A stretch of 64,000 bases of DNA from Candidatus Hopanoidivorans cymbastelae (GTDB lineage Bacteria; Actinomycetota; Acidimicrobiia; Acidimicrobiales; Hopanoidiivorantaceae), in contig JAPYNY010000021.1 in assembly GCA_028283145.1 (NCBI GenBank), forward strand, positions 28,340-92,339. The letters run 5' to 3'. Positions 19,797-29,282 of this stretch are shown here, piece by piece (position 1 is the first letter of the stretch; the number at the start of each line of letters is the position of its first letter). The translations under genes were made by a program, and so were the position numbers. Under the pieces are notes generated by a model. That model searched no databases. It saw only the letters and a list, made by a program, of their open reading frames with translations, and was not told where the DNA came from.

Positions 19797-19869
19797 CTAA
19801 CTACTCTTTGGGCAATTTCTTAGGGCAATTATTGCCTTTGTTCTTTTGGCCTGTTTGCTTGCCTTTTGT

Positions 19870-21288
19870 TCAGGCCAGTTCTTCTTCCCAGTTGCGCACT
19901 TGAATGATTTTGCGCAGCTCATCCAAAAAGGCAGCCACGTAAGCCCCGTCAAAAGCTCGGTGATCCCACGCCAGAGCCAGAACTCCCACAGAATGAATGG
20001 CAATTGACTCTCCCCCATCTGCATCCGTTACCACCACCGGCTTGCGCTTGATTCCATCGGTGGACAAGATGGCGACTTGAGGCTGGTTGATGATGGGGAA
20101 CTGCATCATGGTGCCCCACTGCCCTGGATTGGTCAACGTAAAGGTGCCACCGGTCAATTCATCTGGACTCAACTTCTTGGCCCTGGCCCGGCGGGAAAGA
20201 TCCACCACTTTGCGGGCGATGGCTCGCAGGCGAAGATCTTCAGCGCCTCGGAGCACAGGGGCCAACAATCCCTGGAAATCCAAATCCACCGCCACAGCCA
20301 AGTTGATGCTGCGATGCACCAAAAGGTTTTCACCTTCAATTGAGGCGTTGATATGCGGGTAGTCGTCCAGCGCATCACAAACTGCTCGGGCAATGAACGG
20401 CAGATAGGTGAGGCTGAAACCTTCTTCTTGCTTCCACTCGGCCCGGTGAGCTTGGCGGACTTTCTCAACATTTTCAAAGTCAACTTCCACTGCCGTCAAC
20501 ACATGTGGCGAGGTAGCTTTAGACCGCAACATGTGCTCGGCGGTGGCCAAGCGAATTCGACTCAGCGGGACGATATTGCTCTCTAAGGCGGTGCTGGCAA
20601 CGGCAGTGTCACCCGCGGCGGCGCTGGAAGCCGCAGCACTAGCAGCCGCGGCCCCCCCAGCAGTTGCTTCGGATTGCAGACTGCCGACAGAACCCCGCTG
20701 AGACACACCGGCGATGGCTGCCTCGACGTCTTTGCGGGTGATGCGACCCTTGGGGCCCGTGCCTTGGATGGCTGTCGGGTCGAGACCGTGCTTGCGCAAC
20801 AGACGCCTGACCACCGGCGAGGCCGGCACTAGAGTGGCTGGTGTTATAGCAGTTGGCGTTGAGATGACAGGTGTGGCCGCTGCAGCGCGTGCAACGGGTT
20901 CTGGGGCAGCCTGCGCGGGCTGCGCTGTGGGTTCTGGGGCGGTTGACGGCGCGGCGCGTGCAACTTCGGGCGGTGATAACCCGCTTTCAGGCGTAACTTC
21001 AGCGTCTCTGGCCGCCCCCTCAGCATCTCCAGCACCCCCGGCGTCTTTTTGGTGCAGCTTGGCCAGCAGCGTGCCCACTTCAACCGTTTCGCCTTCAGCC
21101 ACCAGTATTTCTGCCACCTGACCGGCTGAATCAGCTGGAACTTCTGTATCTACTTTGTCTGTCGAAACTTCGTAAAGCGGCTCGTTTTCTTCCACAAACT
21201 CACCAGGCTGCTTAAACCAACGGGTGATGGTGCCTTCGGTGACTGTCTCACCTAGCTGGGGTAGCACAATTTCTGCCATCAGAATCAA
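19870..21288 (-). CDS. 2-oxoacid dehydrogenase E2 dihydrolipoamide acyltransferase (SucB/DlaT-like)
   Basis: N-terminal lipoyl domain (EVSTDKVDTEVPA), A/P-rich linkers, a peripheral subunit-binding domain (SPVVRRLLRKHGLD), and a catalytic domain with DHRAFDG. Confidence 0.85.
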   Translation of the reverse strand: MILMAEIVLPQLGETVTEGTITRWFKQPGEFVEENEPLYEVSTDKVDTEVPADSAGQVAEILVAEGETVEVGTLLAKLHQKDAGGAGDAEGAARDAEVTPESGLSPPEVARAAPSTAPEPTAQPAQAAPEPVARAAAATPVISTPTAITPATLVPASPVVRRLLRKHGLDPTAIQGTGPKGRITRKDVEAAIAGVSQRGSVGSLQSEATAGGAAAASAAASSAAAGDTAVASTALESNIVPLSRIRLATAEHMLRSKATSPHVLTAVEVDFENVEKVRQAHRAEWKQEEGFSLTYLPFIARAVCDALDDYPHINASIEGENLLVHRSINLAVAVDLDFQGLLAPVLRGAEDLRLRAIARKVVDLSRRARAKKLSPDELTGGTFTLTNPGQWGTMMQFPIINQPQVAILSTDGIKRKPVVVTDADGGESIAIHSVGVLALAWDHRAFDGAYVAAFLDELRKIIQVRNWEEELA

Positions 21289-21299
21289 ACCTCTGTTGC

Positions 21300-22745
21300 T
21301 TAGCCGTGCAGGGGACGACCTGCCAGCGACTGCATGGCCTCACCATACAACTCGCTCAAAGTCGGGTGCGGCTGGATTAAATTGGCCAAATCGGCAACTT
21401 CAGCTTCCCAGTTGACCGTCAAATAAGCCTGCCCGATCAACTCCGTAGCCCAAGGCCCTACTATGTGCACCCCTAGCACCACGCCTGCAGTGCCGTCAGG
21501 TTTCTTTTCGGCTATCACCTTGACAAATCCTTCCGTCTCGCCCACTATCATGGCTCGGCTATTGCCGCCAAAGCGGTGCGTGGCGGTTACGACTTCATAG
21601 CCAGCTTCCTTAGCGGCTGCTTCGGTCAAGCCTGCATAAGCCACTTCTGGATGAGTATAGATACCCCAAGGAAGATAGTCGTAGTCAAGCGGCATCACGG
21701 CTTCGCCCAAGATATCGCCCACCGCCAGCATGGCTTCAGCAAAGCCGACATGCGCTAGTTGAGGAGTGGCAACAAGATCGCCTACCGCATAGACCCCATG
21801 CCTGGAACTGCGGCAAAACTCGTCCACCACTACAAAACCACTCGGGTCAAGCTTGACCCCGGCGTCTTCGCCGCCAAAAGTTTCAGCCACTGGGCGTCGG
21901 CCCACAGCTACGACCACATAGTCAGCCGTAACCACCTCGCCGTTGTCCAACGTTATACGCACCGCCTTTTTCATCTTCTCGCAGCTTGTAACGGCGATGC
22001 CGCAGCGAATGTTCATGCCGCGTTTTTTGAAGGAACGTGTTATGGTTTTGCTCACATCAGCATCGGCACCAGGCAGCACCACGGGCAGAGCTTCCAACAA
22101 GGTCACATCAGCCTCCAAATCACTCAGCAGCGATGCAAACTCACAGCCCACTGCTCCAGCTCCGATAATCACCGCCGAAGAAGGCACTTTTTCAATCGAC
22201 AACAAGTGGTCGGAATTGATCACCAGCTTGCCATCGAATTCAAAACCTGGCAGCGGCAGGCTTTTGGGAACCGAACCAGTAGCCAACACAACTTTGGCCG
22301 CAGCCAGCAGTTGCTCGGAGTTATCGGGGCCCACGGCGCGCACATACCTGTGGTCTGCGCTGGGGCTGTCTGGCTCAGACAACAGCTGACCCTGCCCGCC
22401 ATAAACTGTAACCTTGCGATTCTTCAGCAACGAAGCTACGCCATTGGTGAGCTTGTTGATTACGTTTTGCTTGCGCTGCTGGACAACCGCCATGTCAAGA
22501 CTTGGCTCGCCAGCAGTAACTCCGAATTCGCTTGCCCCAGCCACGGTCTTGTAAACCGAAGCCACTTCCAGAAGCTCCTTGGCAGGGATGCAACCCACAT
22601 GCAAACATGTGCCGCCCAGTTTGCCTTTCTCAATCAAGCCGACGTTCAAACCCGCCGCGGCGCCATACAGGGCTGCAGCATAGCCACCGGGCCCACCGCC
22701 TATCACTACCACGTCGTGCTGTGCTGCTGCGTTGGAAGTTGCCAC
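21300..22745 (-). CDS. lpdA: dihydrolipoyl dehydrogenase (E3)
   Basis: VVVIGGGPGGY FAD motif, redox-active GGTCLHVGCIPAK disulfide, and a C-terminal HPTLSE interface motif. Confidence 0.9.
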   Translation of the reverse strand: MATSNAAAQHDVVVIGGGPGGYAAALYGAAAGLNVGLIEKGKLGGTCLHVGCIPAKELLEVASVYKTVAGASEFGVTAGEPSLDMAVVQQRKQNVINKLTNGVASLLKNRKVTVYGGQGQLLSEPDSPSADHRYVRAVGPDNSEQLLAAAKVVLATGSVPKSLPLPGFEFDGKLVINSDHLLSIEKVPSSAVIIGAGAVGCEFASLLSDLEADVTLLEALPVVLPGADADVSKTITRSFKKRGMNIRCGIAVTSCEKMKKAVRITLDNGEVVTADYVVVAVGRRPVAETFGGEDAGVKLDPSGFVVVDEFCRSSRHGVYAVGDLVATPQLAHVGFAEAMLAVGDILGEAVMPLDYDYLPWGIYTHPEVAYAGLTEAAAKEAGYEVVTATHRFGGNSRAMIVGETEGFVKVIAEKKPDGTAGVVLGVHIVGPWATELIGQAYLTVNWEAEVADLANLIQPHPTLSELYGEAMQSLAGRPLHG

Positions 22746-22884
22746 TCTTTAAAGCCTACCTTTGATGGTCAGCCAGGCCGACAGAGTTCGGGGGAGTCCA
22801 AGTCAAGCTCAAATCCTCCAAGCCCCAGCCCAAACCCGCAGCTCGGTTTGGCAACTCTTGCCCCCAGCCAGATGAACGACTGGG

Positions 22885-23661
22885 TTATCTCGTAAATCTA
22901 GCGGCGATAGATTCGGGATCAGCCACCATGCCCGTCCAAAAGGCTCCGAACTCCCCGTATAGAGCTGAGCCTTCGTCAAAACGCAGGTTATAGACCACAT
23001 CCTTCAAGTCCTGCGGCTCTTGGCAAAACAGTGTCACACCCCATTCAAAATCATCCAAGCCGGTAGAACCCGTTACCACCTGAAGCACTCGCCCTGAAAA
23101 TTTCCTCCCTGAGGCCCCGTGTTCATACATGAGGCTTTTGCGCTCTTCGTAGGGCAGACGAAACCAGTTATGCTGTTCCCAGCGGCGTTTGGACATGGGA
23201 TAAAAACACCAGGCAGGCTTGTCTTCGGGCGCAAGCTTGGGATGAGGCGCCAGCCTGGGATACAGACGATTCCAACGCATTTCATCTGGCACACCTGCGG
23301 CGTATTCGGAAATTTCAGTCAACGAAATGTAGGAACTCTCCCAGTGGATGCCCGCTTTGCCCAAAGCCGTTTGAATGCTGCGCAGACGCCAAAAATCATA
23401 GTCCAAGATCATGAAGCCAAGATCGGCCTTGTGCCCCAGGATTTCCACTGTGATGATCTGGGGAGCGGGGATGGCATAGGGAGCCGCCTCAACTACGGAG
23501 TCGTGCAGGCCCGGCCGGGGCAGTGTGTCGGCTTCGCGCTGGGCGTGGTTTATGACTCCAGCCATTGCAGCTGGGTTGAATTGCTCAGTTACTTTGCCAA
23601 ACAAATGCAAGACACCCAGACCGCGGCTGGTCTGCACTTGAGGCAACTCCACTGCGCTCAC
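22885..23661 (-). CDS. chdC: chlorite-dismutase-family coproheme decarboxylase (HemQ/ChdC)
   Basis: 258-aa Cld-family pattern (WCFYPMSKRR...NWFRLPYEERKSLMYEHG). Typical of the coproporphyrin-dependent heme pathway in Gram-positives. Confidence 0.7.
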   Translation of the reverse strand: MSAVELPQVQTSRGLGVLHLFGKVTEQFNPAAMAGVINHAQREADTLPRPGLHDSVVEAAPYAIPAPQIITVEILGHKADLGFMILDYDFWRLRSIQTALGKAGIHWESSYISLTEISEYAAGVPDEMRWNRLYPRLAPHPKLAPEDKPAWCFYPMSKRRWEQHNWFRLPYEERKSLMYEHGASGRKFSGRVLQVVTGSTGLDDFEWGVTLFCQEPQDLKDVVYNLRFDEGSALYGEFGAFWTGMVADPESIAARFTR

Positions 23662-24539
23662 TGGTTGGAATCGGTCGCTGAATCAGCCACAACGTCATTG
23701 ACCAGCCTCAGACTGTCACTGCGCTGCAGCCAGTTGTCGGCCAGGTAATGACATTTCGTATCTATGGTGTGCAGCGTATAGGCGTGACGTGGCTTGGCTG
23801 AGTAGTTGTGGTCGCTGAAGTGTGGCAGCTTGCCGTTGAGGATAACCAACGTGCCTCGGCCGACTTCCAGAGGAACGAACTCCGATTTGTTGTATGGGGC
23901 GTCGTCAAAAACTTCCGTGATAGTTCCAGTCTGAGCAGCATCGGCATCTTTTAGACGAAAGCGGGTCTTGGGGTGGCGCAAGTGACCCTGCGGCAAAGCC
24001 CACAGACAGCCATTTTCGCAGTTGGCATCATCCACTGCAAACCAAAGCGCGCACACGCTGGGGGGATCAGTCCAAAGGAAGCTGTGGTCACAATGCGGCA
24101 CCACCTCTCCGCCGATGCCCGGCGACTTGAAAATGTACATTGACTGAATATAAGCTGGTGCGCCATACCCCAACTGTTCCAGTATGCCAGCCAGTTGCTT
24201 CTGATAGGAGAACTCTTCAAAGATTGGGTCTAGGTCGTGCAGGGCGTGTCCGATCTTGTTGACAATCAGGGACTTGTGGGCCAGAAGATTGCCAGCTTCA
24301 TCTATGGCGTCGCTTTCCAAAAAACAACGCACGGCATGAGCAGAAGTCAAAAAATATTCATCCTGGGTGTGGGATTGTTGGGTGGTTGAAAACACCGATG
24401 CCTGAGAGCTGACATCAAAATCGCTGACTATTGCCTCGGCTCGCTGACGGATTTGCAAGCAACTCTGCTGGCTGACAAAATCTGGCAGGACTAAAAAGCC
24501 GTTTGACTTGTAGCTGTCCAGCTGTGCTTGGGATAACAC
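23658..24539 (-). CDS. phytanoyl-CoA dioxygenase (PhyH) family Fe(II)/2-oxoglutarate oxygenase
   Basis: N-terminal YKSNGFLVLPDFV, HxD-type VPHCDHSF and a distal His (HAYTLH). Its stop overlaps the chdC start by 4 nt. Confidence 0.65.
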   Translation of the reverse strand: MLSQAQLDSYKSNGFLVLPDFVSQQSCLQIRQRAEAIVSDFDVSSQASVFSTTQQSHTQDEYFLTSAHAVRCFLESDAIDEAGNLLAHKSLIVNKIGHALHDLDPIFEEFSYQKQLAGILEQLGYGAPAYIQSMYIFKSPGIGGEVVPHCDHSFLWTDPPSVCALWFAVDDANCENGCLWALPQGHLRHPKTRFRLKDADAAQTGTITEVFDDAPYNKSEFVPLEVGRGTLVILNGKLPHFSDHNYSAKPRHAYTLHTIDTKCHYLADNWLQRSDSLRLVNDVVADSATDSNQ

Positions 24540-24605
24540 AAAACTTTTTGGGGTGGTGGGCTTTAGGTGGCGGGGTTTTTGACGGCTTGATGGCTGGCGT
24601 TTAAG

Positions 24606-26066
24606 CTATTGCTGGCCGCGCCGGTAACGCATGCCATCAGCAGCCGGCATGCGCAGCCTAGTGGCATAGATCATCAGCACGATCAATACCGTGAAGTGCG
24701 GCACGACTTTAGGCAGTTGGTTGGGCACGTTGTCGGTGAAAAGATACCAGAAACCCACGCCCACAGCCACCACTGTATAAATGGCAGCAGATCTAATTTG
24801 CTGACTGCTGAGACCAGCCCAAAAACTGCTTTCCCCAAAGGCGCCATTGACGTTGGCATTTCGCCCAGTGCTGCCGCTGCGGCTGAACAGCTTCCAGACG
24901 GCAATCAGCAACAAGGCCATCGCCAAAAACAGCAACACAGCGTGCGTAGCTGAACGGTCTCTCAGCTGCAGCGTGTCGGCCACGCCAAACAGCAAGGCTC
25001 CAGCTGCCATGCCCACGGGTTTCCAGTTGCCAAAGATCACCGTAGCCAAGCCAATAAACCCGCGCCCCAGCGTCTGACCTTCCTTGTAGATGCCGGTCAA
25101 CTCCACCGATAGAAATGCGCCTCCAAAACCCGCCATAGCCCCGCTGATGATGACGGCATAATACTTGTATCTATAGACATCCACTCCCAAGCTGTCAGCT
25201 GCCACTGGGTGCTCACCGCAACTGCGAAGCCGCAACCCGAACGGCGTCTTCCAAAGCACAAAAACTGAAACCGGAATCAGCAGATAAGCCACCAGTGTCG
25301 CCCAAGATAGGTTCAAGAAAAAGCCTCGCAAGATGCCGGCGCCGTGGGAGACGAAGAACCAGCTCCAGTTGACCACGTCTTCGGGCACTCCGGTGTCGGG
25401 GTTGACGGTTCGCTGCAGCGCCCCCCAACGTTCCAAGGCACCCAACATGTCAGGCGTGCCGTCTGGAGCGATGCCTGGGATTCGGCCGCCCGCCAGAAAC
25501 GGCATGGTGAAGTCGCCAGCACCTGTGACCCGCGGAGACTGCGTGAGGCTGCCGCCATCGAAGTCAGCAAAAATCTGGTCGGACAAAAATCGGGTGATGC
25601 CTGGAGCGGTGATATTGATGGCCACACCTGAGACAATGTGGTCGACCCCGAAAGACACAGTGGCTATGGCATGCAAGAGGCCTCCCAGAGCTCCGCCGAT
25701 AACTCCCACCAAAAGCCCCCACACAGGCCCGAACTCAATGGTACCCCAAGCGCCAAACCAAGTGCCTAAAATCAGCATTCCTTCCAAACCAATGTTCACC
25801 ACCCCGGCCCGCTCGGCAAAGACCCCTCCCAGGCCGGCCATCATAATGGGCACAGACCAACCCAGCGCGGTGCTCCAAGTGCCGGTGGATGCCAGCTCGT
25901 CGGTGATAGGAGTGGCCAACTGCTCGGTGAGCGATAGCAGCAACAACCCCAGCACAGCCAGCACGGTAAACTTCAGCGCCCGATTTCGGGCAAAAAGCTC
26001 CTGCCAACCGGCTGAAGCCGGCTGGGGCATACCGCTTGGAGCAGGGGCTTGTTTCAATAGACTCAT
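24606..26066 (-). CDS. ABC transporter permease (BMP/nucleoside-simple sugar type)
   Basis: 486-aa polytopic BPD_transp_2-like sequence with an extra periplasmic insertion. It overlaps the upstream permease by 4 nt. Confidence 0.75.
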   Translation of the reverse strand: MSLLKQAPAPSGMPQPASAGWQELFARNRALKFTVLAVLGLLLLSLTEQLATPITDELASTGTWSTALGWSVPIMMAGLGGVFAERAGVVNIGLEGMLILGTWFGAWGTIEFGPVWGLLVGVIGGALGGLLHAIATVSFGVDHIVSGVAINITAPGITRFLSDQIFADFDGGSLTQSPRVTGAGDFTMPFLAGGRIPGIAPDGTPDMLGALERWGALQRTVNPDTGVPEDVVNWSWFFVSHGAGILRGFFLNLSWATLVAYLLIPVSVFVLWKTPFGLRLRSCGEHPVAADSLGVDVYRYKYYAVIISGAMAGFGGAFLSVELTGIYKEGQTLGRGFIGLATVIFGNWKPVGMAAGALLFGVADTLQLRDRSATHAVLLFLAMALLLIAVWKLFSRSGSTGRNANVNGAFGESSFWAGLSSQQIRSAAIYTVVAVGVGFWYLFTDNVPNQLPKVVPHFTVLIVLMIYATRLRMPAADGMRYRRGQQ

Positions 26067-27319
26067 GCGGGATTCTCAGCTATGGGCGTGTCTGGCCTCT
26101 CCTTGGCTGACAAGACTTTGCTTGCCAAGCGAGCTTGTTCGGCCAAGCGTTTGCGTCTGGCTACGGCATAGACGATAATAGCCGTGAAGATCATGGTGCC
26201 CTTGATGATGGTAACTATTTCCTCCGGGGCATGACCGTCGGCATCCAAAATGGGGCCGGTTGTATCCAACACACCAAACAACAGAGCCGCCAAGGCGATC
26301 CCGCCAGCATGATTTTGCCCCACTAGCGCTACCGCAATGCCGCTGAAGCCAAGTTGCTGGGTGAACTGCAAGCCATAGAAATAGTCACGCCCAAGTATTT
26401 CTGGCAAACCTACCAAACCTGCCACAGCTCCGCTCATCAACATGGCTGTCAGGACAGTGCGATTTGGATCAACTCCAGCTACTTCAGCTGCCAACGGATT
26501 GACGCCACCAGCTCTGATGTCAAAACCCGGTCGCGTGCGGTTGATGAAGTAGTGGTAGATCAAGCCGACAATTATGGCAACCATCAAAAAACCCCAGAGT
26601 TTGGATGTTTCAATGATTTGCCCAGAAGGCAGCTGCACCCTGTCGATGTCTCGTGAGACGAGCTCTACAATTTCGTTCAGGTCTGGCATTCTGCCTGATG
26701 GCGGGATGTCTTTGGTTTTGGTGTTGAGACTGGCGGTAGGCTCATCCCAGCGTTGCAGCAAAATAGCTGCCACAAATGAAACTCCGATGGCGTTCATCAT
26801 GATGGTTGAGATGACTTCATGCACGCCACGGGTCACCTTCAAAATTGCCGGAACAGCCACCCAAGCCATGCCAACTGCCATAGCCGTCAAAACGATCACC
26901 AACACATGAAGTGGTGCCCAGATGTTGATTTCGGCACCGACTTTGGCCGCGATCAGGGCCGCCAGGATGTATTGTCCCTCAACGCCGATGTTGAAAATGT
27001 TCATGCGGAAGCCAATGGCCACCGCTACAGCCGCCAGATAAAGCGGCGTAGCCCGGTTCAAAATGTCAATGATGGACTCTTGGCGCAGCCCGCTGCTCCA
27101 CATGCTTTGCGCAGCTGTTATGGGGTTGCTGCCGATAGCCAGCAAGATTATCCCCGCCAGAAAGACTGCTATCACAATGGTGGCCACTGGCGTGAGCAAA
27201 GCCCATCCCACTTGGCTGGGCGAAGTTAGAGAAGTTCCAGTTCCGTTGCCGTCCGTTGAAGGTCTCCAACTTCTGAACCAGAAATTGGACATTGAGGAAT
27301 TTTGATTCGGATCGCTCAT
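26063..27319 (-). CDS. ABC transporter permease (BMP/nucleoside-simple sugar type)
   Basis: 418-aa polytopic protein located between the ATPase and the second permease. Confidence 0.75.
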   Translation of the reverse strand: MSDPNQNSSMSNFWFRSWRPSTDGNGTGTSLTSPSQVGWALLTPVATIVIAVFLAGIILLAIGSNPITAAQSMWSSGLRQESIIDILNRATPLYLAAVAVAIGFRMNIFNIGVEGQYILAALIAAKVGAEINIWAPLHVLVIVLTAMAVGMAWVAVPAILKVTRGVHEVISTIMMNAIGVSFVAAILLQRWDEPTASLNTKTKDIPPSGRMPDLNEIVELVSRDIDRVQLPSGQIIETSKLWGFLMVAIIVGLIYHYFINRTRPGFDIRAGGVNPLAAEVAGVDPNRTVLTAMLMSGAVAGLVGLPEILGRDYFYGLQFTQQLGFSGIAVALVGQNHAGGIALAALLFGVLDTTGPILDADGHAPEEIVTIIKGTMIFTAIIVYAVARRKRLAEQARLASKVLSAKERPDTPIAENPA

Positions 27320-27391
27320 CAGCCAGACCTAGCTCAAATCGCCCGTCAATCGGAATTGCTCGTCGGTTGAAATCACTGCCTTTACGCCCCT

Positions 27392-29074
27392 TTACACCAT
27401 AGAACTCTCAGTTTCAAACTTGGCCCCGGTCATATAGCTTCCAAGCTCCTTGGGGGTTACCTCTGCTGGGTTCAACTCCGCTACGATTGCACCACGCAAA
27501 ATCACCAAAAGCCGGTCTGACAAGCCGATCAGCTCATCCAGGTCGGCTGAAACCAATAGCACGGCCAAGCCGTTCTGGCGAGCGACGCGCAGCTTTTCCC
27601 AGACTGCGTCCTGCGCTCCGATGTCAATGCCTCTGGTTGGGTGTGCTGCAATCAAAACCTTGGGGTTCATGGTCATTTCACGTCCAATGATCAGCTTCTG
27701 CTGGTTGCCTCCCGAAAGTGCATCGGCAGGGACATTTACATTGGGAGTGCGAACGTCGAATTCCTTCACCATTTCAGCACACTTGGCCTTGGTTGCCGAT
27801 GGGTGCAGCCAAAATCCCCCGGTGGCATAAGGCTCACTGCCCTGATGTCCCAACATGGTATTTTCCCAGAGCGGAGAGGGCAAAAGCAGACCCATCTCGT
27901 GGCGGTCTTCCGGAATATATCCCAACTGAGATTCTCGGCGCTCCCTGGTGGACCAATCAGTGATGTCGTCCCCACACATCGTGACTGAACCACTAGTGAC
28001 GTGGCGCACCCCTAGTAGAGCCTCAACCAACTCTGCCTGCCCATTGCCTTCAACGCCAGCTATCCCGACTATCTCACCTTGCCTGATGGCAAAATTTATA
28101 TCTTTCAGCAGCAGCTTGGAGCTTTGGGCCGGCGCGCCGTGGTCGGCTGCCAGGTTCAATGCTTCAACTTGGAACAGAACTTCGTCTGATTCAACTTCCT
28201 CAAAGATTTCAGGTGTGGGCAGCTCGCTGCCTATCATCAATTCGGCAAGCTCGCCTGCGGTGACTTCGTCCTTGTTGACCGTAGCTACGGAACGGCCAGC
28301 TCTGACAACCGTGATCCGGTCGGCAATCGCTAGCACTTCGTCCAGCTTGTGGTCGATGAACAAGATGGTTTTGCCTTGTGAAGCCATCTCTCGCATGGTC
28401 TCAAACAATTCTTCCACTTCTTGCGGGACGAGCACGGAAGTGGGCTCGTCCAAGATAAGAATCTCAGCGCCTCTGTATAGGGCTTTGATGATCTCAACCT
28501 TTTGGCGCTGCCCGACTTCTAAGGTTTCCAGATTGGCGTTGAGGTCAACCTCCAAACCGTAAATTGAGCAGAGCTTTTCTATCTGCTCTTGGGATTTAGA
28601 CTTGCCTCGCTTGAGCAAGCCTCTGTAGAAGTCCTTTTCAGCCCCTAGAACTATATTTTCCAGCACTGAAAGGTAGCCGGCCAACATGAAATGCTGGTGA
28701 ACCATTCCGATTCCGCTGTCAATAGCGTCTTTGGGGGAATGAAAGTGAACTTCAGTGCCGTTGAGCACAATGGAACCCTCATCAGGCGGCTGCATGCCAT
28801 AGATGATCTTCATAAGGGTTGACTTGCCAGCGCCGTTCTCGCCACAAACAGCGTGAATTTCCCCCTTGAAAATTTTGAGGTTGATGTCCTCGTTGGCTAT
28901 GACACCTGGGAAGCGCTTGGTAATACCCTGCAACTCAATGACGACTTCCCTTGCACCTGCCCCCTGGTCTTTTTTTTCACTTGGCCACTCACCTGAAGCA
29001 ACCATATCTGCGGAGCCAGCCATCGTCTGAGGCTCAGCCGCAGAGGTCGCAGTTTCAACTGAAGAAGCCACCAC
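27392..29074 (-). CDS. ABC transporter ATP-binding protein with duplicated ABC domains
   Basis: Walker A GENGAGKST and LSVGQRQ/LSGGNQQK signatures, with two tandem NBDs as in RbsA/nucleoside importers. The start is uncertain within the first ~45 aa. Confidence 0.85.
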   Translation of the reverse strand: MVASSVETATSAAEPQTMAGSADMVASGEWPSEKKDQGAGAREVVIELQGITKRFPGVIANEDINLKIFKGEIHAVCGENGAGKSTLMKIIYGMQPPDEGSIVLNGTEVHFHSPKDAIDSGIGMVHQHFMLAGYLSVLENIVLGAEKDFYRGLLKRGKSKSQEQIEKLCSIYGLEVDLNANLETLEVGQRQKVEIIKALYRGAEILILDEPTSVLVPQEVEELFETMREMASQGKTILFIDHKLDEVLAIADRITVVRAGRSVATVNKDEVTAGELAELMIGSELPTPEIFEEVESDEVLFQVEALNLAADHGAPAQSSKLLLKDINFAIRQGEIVGIAGVEGNGQAELVEALLGVRHVTSGSVTMCGDDITDWSTRERRESQLGYIPEDRHEMGLLLPSPLWENTMLGHQGSEPYATGGFWLHPSATKAKCAEMVKEFDVRTPNVNVPADALSGGNQQKLIIGREMTMNPKVLIAAHPTRGIDIGAQDAVWEKLRVARQNGLAVLLVSADLDELIGLSDRLLVILRGAIVAELNPAEVTPKELGSYMTGAKFETESSMV

Positions 29075-29210
29075 GATGCAATCTTAGTTTGGCTGCCAAC
29101 TCAAAGTGGAAGTTTTCAAAATATTTGCCAACTGTGTGGTATTAGCAGGGTTGGGCCCAGCATGGACAGCGCTGCAAGAACTGGAAGTTCAGATTCGCAA
29201 GAGACGAAGC

Positions 29211-29241
29211 GGACGGCCTCAGCGTCAATCTGAGACCGTCC
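29211..29241 (-). promoter_or_regulatory. intra-operon stem-loop between the SBP and ATPase genes
   Basis: GGACGGCCTCAG-cgtcaat-CTGAGACCGTCC forms a 12-bp stem with one G-U wobble, about 45 nt downstream of the SBP stop on the minus strand. No clear U-tract follows, so it looks more like an mRNA-stabilising or attenuating hairpin than a strong terminator. Confidence 0.35.
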
Positions 29242-29282
29242 CAACGTTGAACCTAAAACGCCCGCAAGCTAGGCATCACAGG

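Noticed and set aside
21759-22895. 378-aa + strand ORF, the longest unassigned ORF in the track
   Set aside because: It lies entirely antisense to the unmistakable lpdA gene. The translation is Arg/His/Ser/Gln-rich with no motif. This is the typical shadow ORF of a G+C-rich gene. The same reasoning applies to 25333-26178, 23119-23748, 27948-28562, 45601-46251, 17255-17818, 39538-40080 and 42017-42577.
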